This document shows positions 10,083 to 19,478 of a stretch of DNA of 64,000 bases, piece after piece. The notes under the pieces were generated by a model. That model ran no database searches. It worked only from the letters and a program-made list of their open reading frames with translations, and was not told where the DNA came from. Numbering within the stretch: position 1 is the first letter of the stretch; each line of letters starts with the position of its first letter. Made by a program: the position numbers and the translations under genes. Source of the DNA: a virus; IMG/VR virus record IMGVR_UViG_3300002920_000044, positions 19,344 to 83,343 of that record; one strand, given 5' to 3'.

Positions 10083-12590
10083 ATGGTTGCGCCAATATGG
10101 AATACACCTCAGGGAACTATTGGAGCGTTTGTTTCTAATAATGCTGTCAGTCTTCAATTGTCGGCGTCACCAGTTGCGCCATCTAGTTTTATAAGTTATC
10201 AGTTAATAGTTGGTAAACTACCTACAGGGTTATCACTTGACAGTACCGGGCTAATATCAGGAACTACTCCATTTGTAAGTTCAATAGAGACTACATCTTT
10301 TGTTGTAAGAGCCACAGATGAAAACGGTAGTATCAAGGACAGAACTTTTAGCATCACTATTTCGGGTATTGATACCCCTGCATTTACAACACCAGCCGGT
10401 GAGTTATTCAGAATTCCTGATAGCACATGGGTTGAGTATAAAGTTGAATACACAAGCACTGATCCAAATGCCAGAGTTGGTATTATTCAAGGTCAACTAC
10501 CTCCTGGTCTTGAAATAAACCACACTGGGCTTATTCGTGGTTACGCTCAGCCCCCTGTTGTCAACTTTAATCTAGAACCTATCGAAAACTCAGTAATTGC
10601 TATTTCAAACAATTTACTAGTAGGATACAGCACATCAGGTTATAGAACTGGTCGTCCTATTGTATTCTCGGGTAATTTGTTTGGTGGTATAGTAGCTGAG
10701 AAGGTTTATTACATCAAGGAGGTAATTAACTCTACAACTTTTACTATATCAGAGACAGTTGACGGTCCTATTGTAGAGCTTGAAGACAGTAACGGCTACA
10801 TGATTACTAGCCTGTCAGCAGTTACATTAGGGCAGCCCACAGTGCAATCTTATACCTTTTCCCTGCTACTCTTGACAGAGGGTGCGGATAACATTGTAAG
10901 AACCTTTTCAATTACTATTGTAAATCAAAATGCCCCTGTTGCTATCGGTGGACTAGGCAAACCTTTTAACACAAGAGTTCCGACAATTCTTAATACAAGA
11001 CCTAGAACTTACAATATTGAATCTGATCCGGTTAATTTTAGATATTATTTACTTCCTGATGATTCAGGGAAAACTTATACATTCACTCAAGAAGCAGAAC
11101 TTCAACAAACTATCAGTGACAATCAATTTTCTTTTAAGGTGTTGGGGGTTGATTTTGATAATAACGAGTTAGAATATCAATTTTTTGATTTGCCTCTGGG
11201 TCTTCAGGGAGATATAGCAACCGGCTGGATTACAGGAAACCCTGTTATTTCTTCTAATACCATTAATAGGTATGTATTTTCAGTAAGGGCTTATAAAAAG
11301 AACAACCCACTCATTAGTACACCTACAGTTACCTTTGCATTAGTAGTAAGAAATAACTTAACCTCTGATATTACATGGAATACTGACAGTAATTTGGGGA
11401 CAGTGATTAGCGGTACAACCAGCACTTTAGAAATAAGAGCAACGAGCCCAGTGACGTTGAGGTACTTTTTGTCTCAAGGAAGCTTGCCTCCCAATCTAAC
11501 GTTGACCGAAACCGGTGATATTGTAGGGGTAGTATCTTTTCAGCCTAGTGAAAAATTATCAGAACCAAATTCGTTGAAAACTTACACATTTACAGTAAGA
11601 GCATACTCTCCCGAGTATTCGTTAATTTCTTCAGAAAAGACTTTCACTGTCAATGTAAAGCAGTTATTTCCTTTTCCCACAGACACACTTTATGCTACCT
11701 GTACACCAGATATTGAAACCAGAAGACTTATTTCTTCACTATTAGATGATTCGTCGTTAATCCCAACTGAGTTACTATATCGTCCAGCTGATCCAAACTT
11801 TGGCAAGGCTACTAAGGTTATGTATGCGCATTTATACGGTGTATTGGCAAGTGGATTTGAGCAATATATCGATGCAGTTAATCGCAATCATTATAAAAAG
11901 CGTATTACATTGGGTGAGCTAAAAACTGCTGTTGCTAGAAACCAAGAAACTAACGAAATAATATACGAAGTAGTTTACAGCAGGGTTATTGACGAGTTAG
12001 ATAACCCAAATAATGCAAGCATAAGTAAGACAATTAACTGGCCTAGAGATATTATAGTCGCCAACAATGATTTCACTACATCAAGTATAGATATATTGAC
12101 TACATTCCTAGAATATCAAGGACAGGACCTTTTCACAAGTTTAACTCCCGAAAGTATAAACACAGTCTATCCTAACAGTTTAGAGAATATGAGGATTCAG
12201 GTTAGGGATGCACTAGGAGCAGTTAACAATACCAACTTGCTTCCACTATGGATGACTACGCAGCAAGAAAATGGAAGCACACTAGGCTATATTCCAGCCT
12301 GGGTAATATGCTACACTAAACCTGGGTTCTCAGAGATTATAAAGAACAACATAATGACTCGGTGGAAAGACGAGGTTGGAAGAATTAAGAAGCTAAATCA
12401 GGTCAACTTTGTTATCGATAGGTTCTCTGTCAGTAAAGTCAATTCGTTTAACTACGACAATAACCTTGTTCCCGCAGCCTGGACCTCTTTACCTGGCGGA
12501 AGTCCTGTTCCAGAGTCAAAAGACAAATATGATTTTTATGTGATTTTCCCGCAATCTACTATTTTACCTACAACAGGTAATAACAACTGA
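10083..12590 (+). CDS. Virion structural protein with putative Ig (He_PIG-like) domains
   Basis: Repeated G.LP.GL.L..TG.I.G motifs (GKLPTGLSLDSTGLISG, GQLPPGLEINHTGLIRG, GSLPPNLTLTETGDIVG). Confidence 0.65.
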   Translation: MVAPIWNTPQGTIGAFVSNNAVSLQLSASPVAPSSFISYQLIVGKLPTGLSLDSTGLISGTTPFVSSIETTSFVVRATDENGSIKDRTFSITISGIDTPAFTTPAGELFRIPDSTWVEYKVEYTSTDPNARVGIIQGQLPPGLEINHTGLIRGYAQPPVVNFNLEPIENSVIAISNNLLVGYSTSGYRTGRPIVFSGNLFGGIVAEKVYYIKEVINSTTFTISETVDGPIVELEDSNGYMITSLSAVTLGQPTVQSYTFSLLLLTEGADNIVRTFSITIVNQNAPVAIGGLGKPFNTRVPTILNTRPRTYNIESDPVNFRYYLLPDDSGKTYTFTQEAELQQTISDNQFSFKVLGVDFDNNELEYQFFDLPLGLQGDIATGWITGNPVISSNTINRYVFSVRAYKKNNPLISTPTVTFALVVRNNLTSDITWNTDSNLGTVISGTTSTLEIRATSPVTLRYFLSQGSLPPNLTLTETGDIVGVVSFQPSEKLSEPNSLKTYTFTVRAYSPEYSLISSEKTFTVNVKQLFPFPTDTLYATCTPDIETRRLISSLLDDSSLIPTELLYRPADPNFGKATKVMYAHLYGVLASGFEQYIDAVNRNHYKKRITLGELKTAVARNQETNEIIYEVVYSRVIDELDNPNNASISKTINWPRDIIVANNDFTTSSIDILTTFLEYQGQDLFTSLTPESINTVYPNSLENMRIQVRDALGAVNNTNLLPLWMTTQQENGSTLGYIPAWVICYTKPGFSEIIKNNIMTRWKDEVGRIKKLNQVNFVIDRFSVSKVNSFNYDNNLVPAAWTSLPGGSPVPESKDKYDFYVIFPQSTILPTTGNNN

Positions 12591-12619
12591 TAAATACATA
12601 TATTAAAGGGAATAGTAAA

Positions 12620-13378
12620 TTGTCACAGATTAACACCAACGGCATAGATGTAAATTATCCAGTACCGGGACAGAATAATAGCACTCAAGGGTTTAGGGAT
12701 AATTTTGTTCAGATCAAGAATAATTTGGATATCACTGCAATTGAACTTACTGACTTACAGAATAAGGTTGTTCTCAAATCAGCCCTAACAGACACTGTTC
12801 TTGATAACAATATGGCTAATGCTCAGATAAGCAACGTGTCTACAAGAGGTTTCAGGGGAACTACTTATAATCTAGGTAACGCATTAGCTGGTATAGTAAC
12901 TATAGACACTAACAAAGCAGATTTACATTATGGCACAGTTAATGGAAATGTCACTTTACAATTCAAGAACTGGGCTCCAACTGGAACTCACGGTAAAGTG
13001 TCTTTGCGTTTGAATGTCTCCAACGCCAATGCTGTAATAACATTACCAAGTCAAGTAGTATCATCTAACAATAACTTTGGAACTACACTTTTAGAGAATT
13101 TTAAACTAGTCGGTAACGTGGCTACAATTACGGTACCTAATGCTGGAGAAATATTAGAATACACCTTCACAACTGTAGATTGCGGTAACACAGTGACGGT
13201 TACCCCGGTCAACCGCCCCTATAAAGCTACACAAGTTGTATACAGAACACCCACACAAATTGGTTCTGTTGGTGATAAAGCAGGGACTATTGCAGTAGAC
13301 AATAATTATATTTATGTATGCACTGCCGATTATGACGGCGTTTCAAATATTTGGAAGAGAGCAGCCCTGGGTTGGTAA
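12620..13378 (+). CDS. Virion (tail/baseplate-associated) protein
   Basis: Late motif at 12590; beta-rich N/T/V composition; N-terminus QGFRDNF..IKNNL resembles phage fibre-attachment N-termini. Confidence 0.5.
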   Translation: MSQINTNGIDVNYPVPGQNNSTQGFRDNFVQIKNNLDITAIELTDLQNKVVLKSALTDTVLDNNMANAQISNVSTRGFRGTTYNLGNALAGIVTIDTNKADLHYGTVNGNVTLQFKNWAPTGTHGKVSLRLNVSNANAVITLPSQVVSSNNNFGTTLLENFKLVGNVATITVPNAGEILEYTFTTVDCGNTVTVTPVNRPYKATQVVYRTPTQIGSVGDKAGTIAVDNNYIYVCTADYDGVSNIWKRAALGW

Positions 13379-13379
13379 G

Positions 13380-13619
13380 ATGGAGCATTTGTTTTTATCT
13401 TCTGACAATCTCAAAGACAAAACACTTGAAGAACTTCAAGAGGGCATAACTCAAATTATGAACCGTTTGGCTTTTGCTTATAAGACACAGAATGCGCCAA
13501 TAATACATCAGTTGACTATGTTTCTTGAAAGCTACCGTAATCAATATAATAAGAAAATGGATGAGATTTTTGCCAAGCAAAAACTCAATAACCATATCAA
13601 CGTAGAGAATAAAAAATAA
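13380..13619 (+). CDS. Hypothetical protein
   Basis: ATG at 13380 directly after the upstream stop; helical 79 aa product. Confidence 0.55.
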   Translation: MEHLFLSSDNLKDKTLEELQEGITQIMNRLAFAYKTQNAPIIHQLTMFLESYRNQYNKKMDEIFAKQKLNNHINVENKK

Positions 13620-13655
13620 CTTGTGTTTTGAGTAAAGTCGTGTTATAATATAGCA

Positions 13656-14165
13656 ATGAGAACTGATAGATTTGGTAATATTGTTCTTAATAGCAAAGAC
13701 TTAGTAGATCTATATCTAACTAATACAGATTTTTGTCCTCCTAGGGAATTACTAGTTGAGGAAGAAATTGTGTTCCCTAATGTTCTTGAACTTAAGAATG
13801 TTCCTAAGACTAAGAAATATGTAGAGTTAGACTTATCAGTACAAGAATTTGACAAGATACATAGCCAAAACTGGCACATGCCGGCAGACTATAAAAGTCT
13901 TGACATTGCAAAATATGTCCTTGATTTATGCAGTAATGAACAAGAATTGCAACGCGCAGGTGAGGAATTATTGATATTTCAAGAGCGAGACTTGTTTGAC
14001 TTATTGCGCTACCTCAAGTTCTTAGTAGATTTAATGCGAGCCAACAATATCGTCTGGGGAGTGGGAAGAGGATCCAGTGTTAGTAGTTTTGTCTTATATT
14101 TGATCGGGGTACACAAGATTAATCCGATTTTCTATGACCTTTCGATAGAAGAGTTTCTAAGATAA
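13656..14165 (+). CDS. Stand-alone DNA polymerase III alpha (DnaE)-like fragment lacking the catalytic PDxD motif
   Basis: WGVGRGSSVSSFVLYLIGVHKINPIFYDLSIEEFLR aligns with DnaE GPGRGSAAGSLVAYALGIT.IDP..YDLLFERFL, then stops. Confidence 0.7.
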   Translation: MRTDRFGNIVLNSKDLVDLYLTNTDFCPPRELLVEEEIVFPNVLELKNVPKTKKYVELDLSVQEFDKIHSQNWHMPADYKSLDIAKYVLDLCSNEQELQRAGEELLIFQERDLFDLLRYLKFLVDLMRANNIVWGVGRGSSVSSFVLYLIGVHKINPIFYDLSIEEFLR

Positions 14166-14266
14166 TTGTATACATGGTTTATAGAAGAAACAATTTTCCT
14201 ACGTATTAATATGGGAAAAGAAAATAGACTATCACGGTGTCACTAAATAATGCGAAGGAGTAATTT

Positions 14267-14758
14267 ATGAGCATATATAGAACAGCACAGGGGAAGTCAA
14301 TAGATATGTCCCAGCTATCAGCAAAAAACCAAAAAGAGCGCGCAGTTAGCAATATGAATGTTAACGCAAGAGGCGATGTAATTGATTCTACCAATAGAGT
14401 AGTAATTCCTGCTTCTCAAAAGGTCGGCAATCGTTATCAGAAGACAGTGGCAAACAGAGCAGCCAACTTGACTAGACCAGCAGTTGATAATCTTTCTATC
14501 CCGACTGTACTTGATGAAGAAGAATATGTCACAGACGAAATTGAGTTTGGGAATAGCGAAGAGGATGCTGAAATTGCCAAGATAAAGGCCCAGCATGAAG
14601 AGCAGATGGCAGCAGCAAAAGAAAAGCTAGCAAGGAAAGAAGCTATTGCACAAGCAAAGGCATTACAAGCTAAATTAGCAGAAGAAGCCATGGCAAGTAA
14701 GATTAAAGTCAAACCAGCCAGCGAAGCACCTGACACATTTGACCCAACTAAGGATTGA
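14267..14758 (+). CDS. Hypothetical protein
   Basis: 163 aa ORF with GGAG RBS; coiled-coil-like C-terminus. Confidence 0.55.
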   Translation: MSIYRTAQGKSIDMSQLSAKNQKERAVSNMNVNARGDVIDSTNRVVIPASQKVGNRYQKTVANRAANLTRPAVDNLSIPTVLDEEEYVTDEIEFGNSEEDAEIAKIKAQHEEQMAAAKEKLARKEAIAQAKALQAKLAEEAMASKIKVKPASEAPDTFDPTKD

Positions 14759-14760
14759 TA

Positions 14761-15129
14761 ATGGCTAATCAAGTTCATAAAAATATTGTGAAATTTGACA
14801 AATTAACACCGTTGAAAGATACTATATTGGTTTATGGTATGGATTTCAATGAACGCATGTCTTATGGAGGAATAATTATTCCTGACGATGATATGAAAAG
14901 TTCAGGTATCAGACCAAGATGGGCACAGGTATATGCGATTGGTCCAGAAGTTGATTATATCAAGGTCGGGCAGTATATCTTAATCTCTCACGGGCGTTGG
15001 AGCAGGGGCATTACTGTTGTTGACAAAGATGGAAAAAAGACTATTAGAAAGGTCGATCCTAATGACATATTAATGGTGTCAGATACCCCTGTTCATGATC
15101 TTACATTTTCTGATAAAATATCTGGATAA
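14761..15129 (+). CDS. groES: Co-chaperonin GroES-like (T4 gp31 analogue)
   Basis: LTPLKDTILV...GGIIIPDD...AQVYAIGP....IKVGQYIL is the GroES mobile-loop/beta-barrel pattern. Confidence 0.8.
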   Translation: MANQVHKNIVKFDKLTPLKDTILVYGMDFNERMSYGGIIIPDDDMKSSGIRPRWAQVYAIGPEVDYIKVGQYILISHGRWSRGITVVDKDGKKTIRKVDPNDILMVSDTPVHDLTFSDKISG

Positions 15130-15133
15130 TAAT

Positions 15134-15307
15134 ATGAAAACAAGAGATAAAATTATAGCAGCGGCGGTAGTGGGAGTAGTAGCAGCAGTCTCGTTCACTG
15201 CCTTCGCTGCCGTAAAAGCACTTAAGCAATTGGGGGAAATTGCACTTGACCTACCCAACGACCCTCTGCTACAGTCATTTATTGGAACTAATAAGGAAAA
15301 AGAATGA
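15134..15307 (+). CDS. Small membrane protein
   Basis: Hydrophobic segment IIAAAVVGVVAAVSFTAFAAV. Confidence 0.5.
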   Translation: MKTRDKIIAAAVVGVVAAVSFTAFAAVKALKQLGEIALDLPNDPLLQSFIGTNKEKE

Positions 15308-16230
15308 AACACAAGCTTTGGGTTGAAAAATGGAGACCCACTACGGTTGATAACTATGTTTTCGTTAATGAAACGCAGAAAAAGACTGTAGAAAATTGGA
15401 TTGCCAATAAGTCTATCCCCCATTTACTGTTATCTGGTGAACCTGGCACGGGCAAAACAACTCTGGCCAAAGTTCTAATCAATGAACTTGGGGTAGAAGA
15501 GTTTGATGTGCTTGAAGTAAATGCTAGTAGAGAAAATGGTATTGACAATCTAAGAGAAAAGATTAACGGCTTCGTCCAAACTATGCCGTTTGGTATTTTT
15601 AAGGTTGTTTTATTAGACGAGGCTGATTATTTGACTCAATCGGCGCAAGCAGCACTACGCAATGACATGGAAGCATATCACGAAACAGTAAGGTACATAT
15701 TAACTTGCAACTACCAACACAAAATTATTCCTGCGTTAAAGTCTCGTTGCCAAGAATTTCATATTGCTAAACCAGATTTAACAGAGTTCACTGCTAGAAC
15801 AGCTACAATTCTTATTGAAGAAGGTATTGAGTTTGACTTAGATGACCTCGATACTTATGTAAGAGCTTGCTATCCTGACCTTAGAAAATGTTTGAACCAA
15901 TTACAGCAAAATAGTATATCAGGCAAGCTTGAAAAGCCTCAGAATACGGGTAGCGGCGAAGATGAATTGCTACTTGCTGCAACCGATTTCTTCAAGTCTG
16001 GTAAGATTCTTGAGGGTAGACAGCAGATTTTACAGTATATTTCTCTCTATCCAACCAGGGCAGAAGATATTGCTAAATGGGCGTATGACAATCTGGACCT
16101 TTGGGGTAACAGTAATGAAGCTAAAGATGCCGCTATCATTACCATTCGCAACACGTTAGCTAATTTACCACTAGTGGGCATCCCTGAAATTAGCATTGCG
16201 GCTCTAATGTGTGAATTAACTACGATTTAA
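15304..16230 (+). CDS. Clamp loader ATPase subunit (T4 gp44 / RFC small subunit-like)
   Basis: WVEKWRP, HLLLSGEPGTGKTT, EVNAS, LLDEADYLT, AQAALR, CNY and SRC are RFC boxes. Confidence 0.92.
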   Translation: MKHKLWVEKWRPTTVDNYVFVNETQKKTVENWIANKSIPHLLLSGEPGTGKTTLAKVLINELGVEEFDVLEVNASRENGIDNLREKINGFVQTMPFGIFKVVLLDEADYLTQSAQAALRNDMEAYHETVRYILTCNYQHKIIPALKSRCQEFHIAKPDLTEFTARTATILIEEGIEFDLDDLDTYVRACYPDLRKCLNQLQQNSISGKLEKPQNTGSGEDELLLAATDFFKSGKILEGRQQILQYISLYPTRAEDIAKWAYDNLDLWGNSNEAKDAAIITIRNTLANLPLVGIPEISIAALMCELTTI

Positions 16231-16262
16231 CTTTAATACTTACAAGAAGTAAAGGAGTACAT

Positions 16263-16544
16263 GTGAGGTATTTGTTAATTTCATATTTTAGAAAGATGAA
16301 TGGTCAAATAGATGAATTGGTCAATATCTCTAAACGGTTAAAGGCTAGTGACATAGCTAACTCTAATGTGATTCTTGATTTTGCAGACAAGAAGATAATC
16401 AAATGTATCATTGAGGGAAAAGAAGTTCCCATGATTTTTGATAAGGTCAGAGACTATTATCATAGTTTTTACCCTGACATGATTAATCAACTAGAGCGGG
16501 AAGCATTAATCACTAAGCAGTATGAGGAAGGCAGGGGGAAATAA
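16263..16544 (+). CDS. Hypothetical protein
   Basis: 93 aa ORF, GGAG RBS, GTG start. Confidence 0.55.
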   Translation: MRYLLISYFRKMNGQIDELVNISKRLKASDIANSNVILDFADKKIIKCIIEGKEVPMIFDKVRDYYHSFYPDMINQLEREALITKQYEEGRGK

Positions 16545-16556
16545 CTCCCCCTGCCT
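16529..16556. terminator. GC-rich hairpin between convergent genes, probable bidirectional terminator
   Basis: Perfect 11 bp stem aggcaggggga-aataac-tccccctgcct at the junction of 16263..16544(+) and phoH(-). Confidence 0.7.
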
Positions 16557-16557
16557 C

Positions 16558-17316
16558 TTATTCATACAAGTCTAAGACATACTCAATAATTGGATGTCTT
16601 CTAATATCTTTGCAATCAAAATCACAACAGATTAATCCTGGAACTTGTTTTGATTGTAGTTTCTCTTTAAGGTCAAGTAGCCCGTTATCACAATTTTTTC
16701 TATCAGCCTGACGAACATCTCCAGTAATGACAATCTTACTGCCCTCACCAATTCTTGTCATTATCATTTTCATCTGGTTAGGAGTCGCGTTTTGCATTTC
16801 ATCGGCTATTATAAAGGAATTCTTGAAAGTTCTTCCTCTACAAAATGCTAAGGGTGCGATTTCAATGATTTGTTCTTCTACCATCTGATCAATTTCACGA
16901 CTAGAATAGTATTCTCTAAGAACATCAAACAAAGGACGTACCCAGGGTTCCATTTTTTCGTTTAAGTCGCCAGGTAAGAACCCGTGCTTTTCTTCGTCAA
17001 CTGAAACTGCTGGTCTAGTAAGTAAGAGTTTATCATATTCTTTTCTCCTTAATGCTTGAATTGCAGCAAGCATGGCTAGATAGGTCTTTCCAGTACCTGC
17101 AGGGCCGCTTGCTAGAACTATATCAACGTTTGGGTCAGTTAACGCCATGATGTATTTTTCTTGATTTACTGATTGAGGCAAAAGTTGAATAGATTTCTTT
17201 TCTCTTAGTGTTCTATACTGATATTCCTCTTGGTGGCTATCTATTAAGTAGTATACTTTATTGTTGTCGTTACGGGTGTTGCGCTGTTTTGTCGAGCCTG
17301 CTTTTCTTTTGGCCAC
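16558..17316 (-). CDS. phoH: PhoH family ATPase
   Basis: GPAGTGKT, LTRPAV, GFLPGDL.EKMEPW, EIAPLAFCRGRTF, IIADEMQN, TRIGEGSKIVITGD..Q.D and RHPII. Confidence 0.93.
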   Translation of the reverse strand: MAKRKAGSTKQRNTRNDNNKVYYLIDSHQEEYQYRTLREKKSIQLLPQSVNQEKYIMALTDPNVDIVLASGPAGTGKTYLAMLAAIQALRRKEYDKLLLTRPAVSVDEEKHGFLPGDLNEKMEPWVRPLFDVLREYYSSREIDQMVEEQIIEIAPLAFCRGRTFKNSFIIADEMQNATPNQMKMIMTRIGEGSKIVITGDVRQADRKNCDNGLLDLKEKLQSKQVPGLICCDFDCKDIRRHPIIEYVLDLYE

Positions 17317-17478
17317 ATAATTCTCCTAGTTTTAATTGAAGTTGCTAAGTCTTCATGAGTATTTAAAGAGCAGGGTTAAGTAATTTATATGTAAGAGAAA
17401 AAAAACTTCTGATGATAAATATGCTGTTGGACAAAACAAGGTTATCTTGGATATTTAATAACCGAGATAAATAGTTGT

Positions 17479-18045
17479 ATGAAAAACCTAAGAACCGACA
17501 AATTTTTCTCAGATATTAATTTCGACTCTATAGTTGAAACCATTAAGGGTGTATACATGAGCGACGGTGCTATGTCTACACTATTGGATTTTGAAAGATG
17601 TCTGGATGAGGCTGATATTTACGCTTATAAAAACTGGATAATCGGTGAACTAGTAGACGGCCCAGTAATCGGGCGCTATAGCTGTAAATGCACATTTATG
17701 TGGCCCTACAAGCTTATGCCTGATCCTAGAGCTATTTCTAGGCTCACTATAATTGGATGTAAAGTTGCTATTTCTAAGGGCAAGATCAAGGTCCCAGTAG
17801 ATATAAAATCTACTGATGATTTTATTCCGGGAACTCACTACCCCAAACTAGTGCCAAAAAAAGTTTGGTATGTAGAGATCGAAATTCCTTTTGAGTTAAT
17901 GGATGATATTAAACAAGGATCAATTGAACTTGCTGATCAGACTATTGACCTGTCTGAAATTCAAGATGCATATGATGAAGATTTGGATACAGCAATGTCT
18001 GACAAAAACAGTGTTGATACTATGACAGACCGAGCATTAGGTTAA
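17479..18045 (+). CDS. Hypothetical phage protein
   Basis: 188 aa ORF after the late motif at 17467. Confidence 0.6.
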   Translation: MKNLRTDKFFSDINFDSIVETIKGVYMSDGAMSTLLDFERCLDEADIYAYKNWIIGELVDGPVIGRYSCKCTFMWPYKLMPDPRAISRLTIIGCKVAISKGKIKVPVDIKSTDDFIPGTHYPKLVPKKVWYVEIEIPFELMDDIKQGSIELADQTIDLSEIQDAYDEDLDTAMSDKNSVDTMTDRALG

Positions 18046-18067
18046 GGCGGTATGGGGATGATGTAAT

Positions 18068-18607
18068 ATGGCGTTAGATTATATGGATTTTGAAGGTATG
18101 CTGTATAACACCGTAACTATCGATGAATATGCAGCCAAAATGGGAGAGGATGCAGATATCATCACGCTTACATTCAAGATAGGTTCAAAGCTAGCAGCCG
18201 AAGATCTAGTTACTTGGTTAGAAAGAGGATACGAATTTATTCTAGACGCTAGTATTAGTTCAGGTGAAATTGAACCAGGCAAGTGGTTGGTATTTGTCGA
18301 ATTAGAAAGAAGACTGAGAGCACCAAAGCGTATTATACGATTACTTGAAGATCTATATACCTTAACTGGTTACAAACTTGAAGACTGGGAAATTATGTAC
18401 GAAGGTGATAAAATTCCCGCAGACGAGAAAGCATTAAAGTCCCAAATGATTTTAAATCCCCACAAATATCGTATAGAGAAAGAAATGACTGAAGAGGACG
18501 ACCACTTATTAAAGAGATTCAAGACTAATGCAGGTCTTGATCCTGATTCTAAAACAGAGGCATATGACGAAGAATTGGGGCATTTAAAATCTATTGCAGG
18601 CTTATAA
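18068..18607 (+). CDS. Hypothetical phage protein
   Basis: 179 aa ORF co-oriented with the upstream gene. Confidence 0.6.
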   Translation: MALDYMDFEGMLYNTVTIDEYAAKMGEDADIITLTFKIGSKLAAEDLVTWLERGYEFILDASISSGEIEPGKWLVFVELERRLRAPKRIIRLLEDLYTLTGYKLEDWEIMYEGDKIPADEKALKSQMILNPHKYRIEKEMTEEDDHLLKRFKTNAGLDPDSKTEAYDEELGHLKSIAGL

Positions 18608-18612
18608 ATATA

Positions 18613-18641
18613 TTGACAATTGTGAATACTTTTGTTATATA
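18613..18641 (+). promoter_or_regulatory. Sigma70-type promoter upstream of dnaJ-clpA
   Basis: TTGACA-17 nt-TATATA with extended -10 TG; a late TATAAATA lies immediately upstream at 18603. Confidence 0.7.
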
Positions 18642-18647
18642 TAAAGA

Positions 18648-19478
18648 ATGGATTATTACAACATACTAGGCGTTGAAAAAACTGCCACCCCAGACGAAAT
18701 TAAAAAAGCTTACAGAAAGCTTGCAATGCAATACCATCCCGACAAAGGGGGGGATCCTGAACAGTTCCAAGCTATTAACGAAGCCTATGAAACCTTAAAA
18801 GATGCAAACAAGCGCGCCCAATATGACAGATATGGAAATATCTCGTCACAAAACTTTAGATACCAACAGCAGGCTTATTCTGTACAAGACATAGATGATT
18901 TGAATGATATATTCAATCATTTTTTTGGCAGAAACTTTGAACAAACATTCAGAAATTCTGGAATTAATTCTAGGCAAATAATGCGTACTACTGTGGGGGT
19001 TTCTTTGCGCGAAGCTTATACCGGCGCAGAGAAGATAATTCAACTACGCACAATGACAGAGAACAGGACTATAAGTATTAAGGTAGCACCTGGTATTAAA
19101 ACTGGCGACCAAGTTAGATATGACAATGTAATTGAGGGAATAATTTTAATAGTTAGCTTTCATGTCATGGATGATTTGAAGTTTACCAGAAACGGGCACG
19201 ATTTGTATTGTAACTTGCCTATCTCTGTGTTAGATTTAATTGTTGGAAAGACAATTAAATTTACCTCTATTGATGATAAGGAAATTGAAGTTACTATCCC
19301 TCCCTATATGCAGCCAACAAAGACTATCAGAATACCGGGAAAAGGTATGCCAGTTTATGGTAATCCCGGTATATATGGCGATCAATATTTAGTATTAAAG
19401 CCCTTTGTTCCTGTAGAATTACCTAAATTCCTAATTGACGCGATACAAGAATTTACCTCATCTAATAAGGATAATTAA
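18648..19478 (+). CDS. dnaJ: DnaJ/CbpA-type co-chaperone (J domain plus C-terminal domain, no zinc finger)
   Basis: MDYYNILGV...[19 protein letters not shown]...[10 protein letters not shown]; C-terminal [16 protein letters not shown]...IRIPGKGMP. Confidence 0.9.
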   Translation: MDYYNILGVEKTATPDEIKKAYRKLAMQYHPDKGGDPEQFQAINEAYETLKDANKRAQYDRYGNISSQNFRYQQQAYSVQDIDDLNDIFNHFFGRNFEQTFRNSGINSRQIMRTTVGVSLREAYTGAEKIIQLRTMTENRTISIKVAPGIKTGDQVRYDNVIEGIILIVSFHVMDDLKFTRNGHDLYCNLPISVLDLIVGKTIKFTSIDDKEIEVTIPPYMQPTKTIRIPGKGMPVYGNPGIYGDQYLVLKPFVPVELPKFLIDAIQEFTSSNKDN

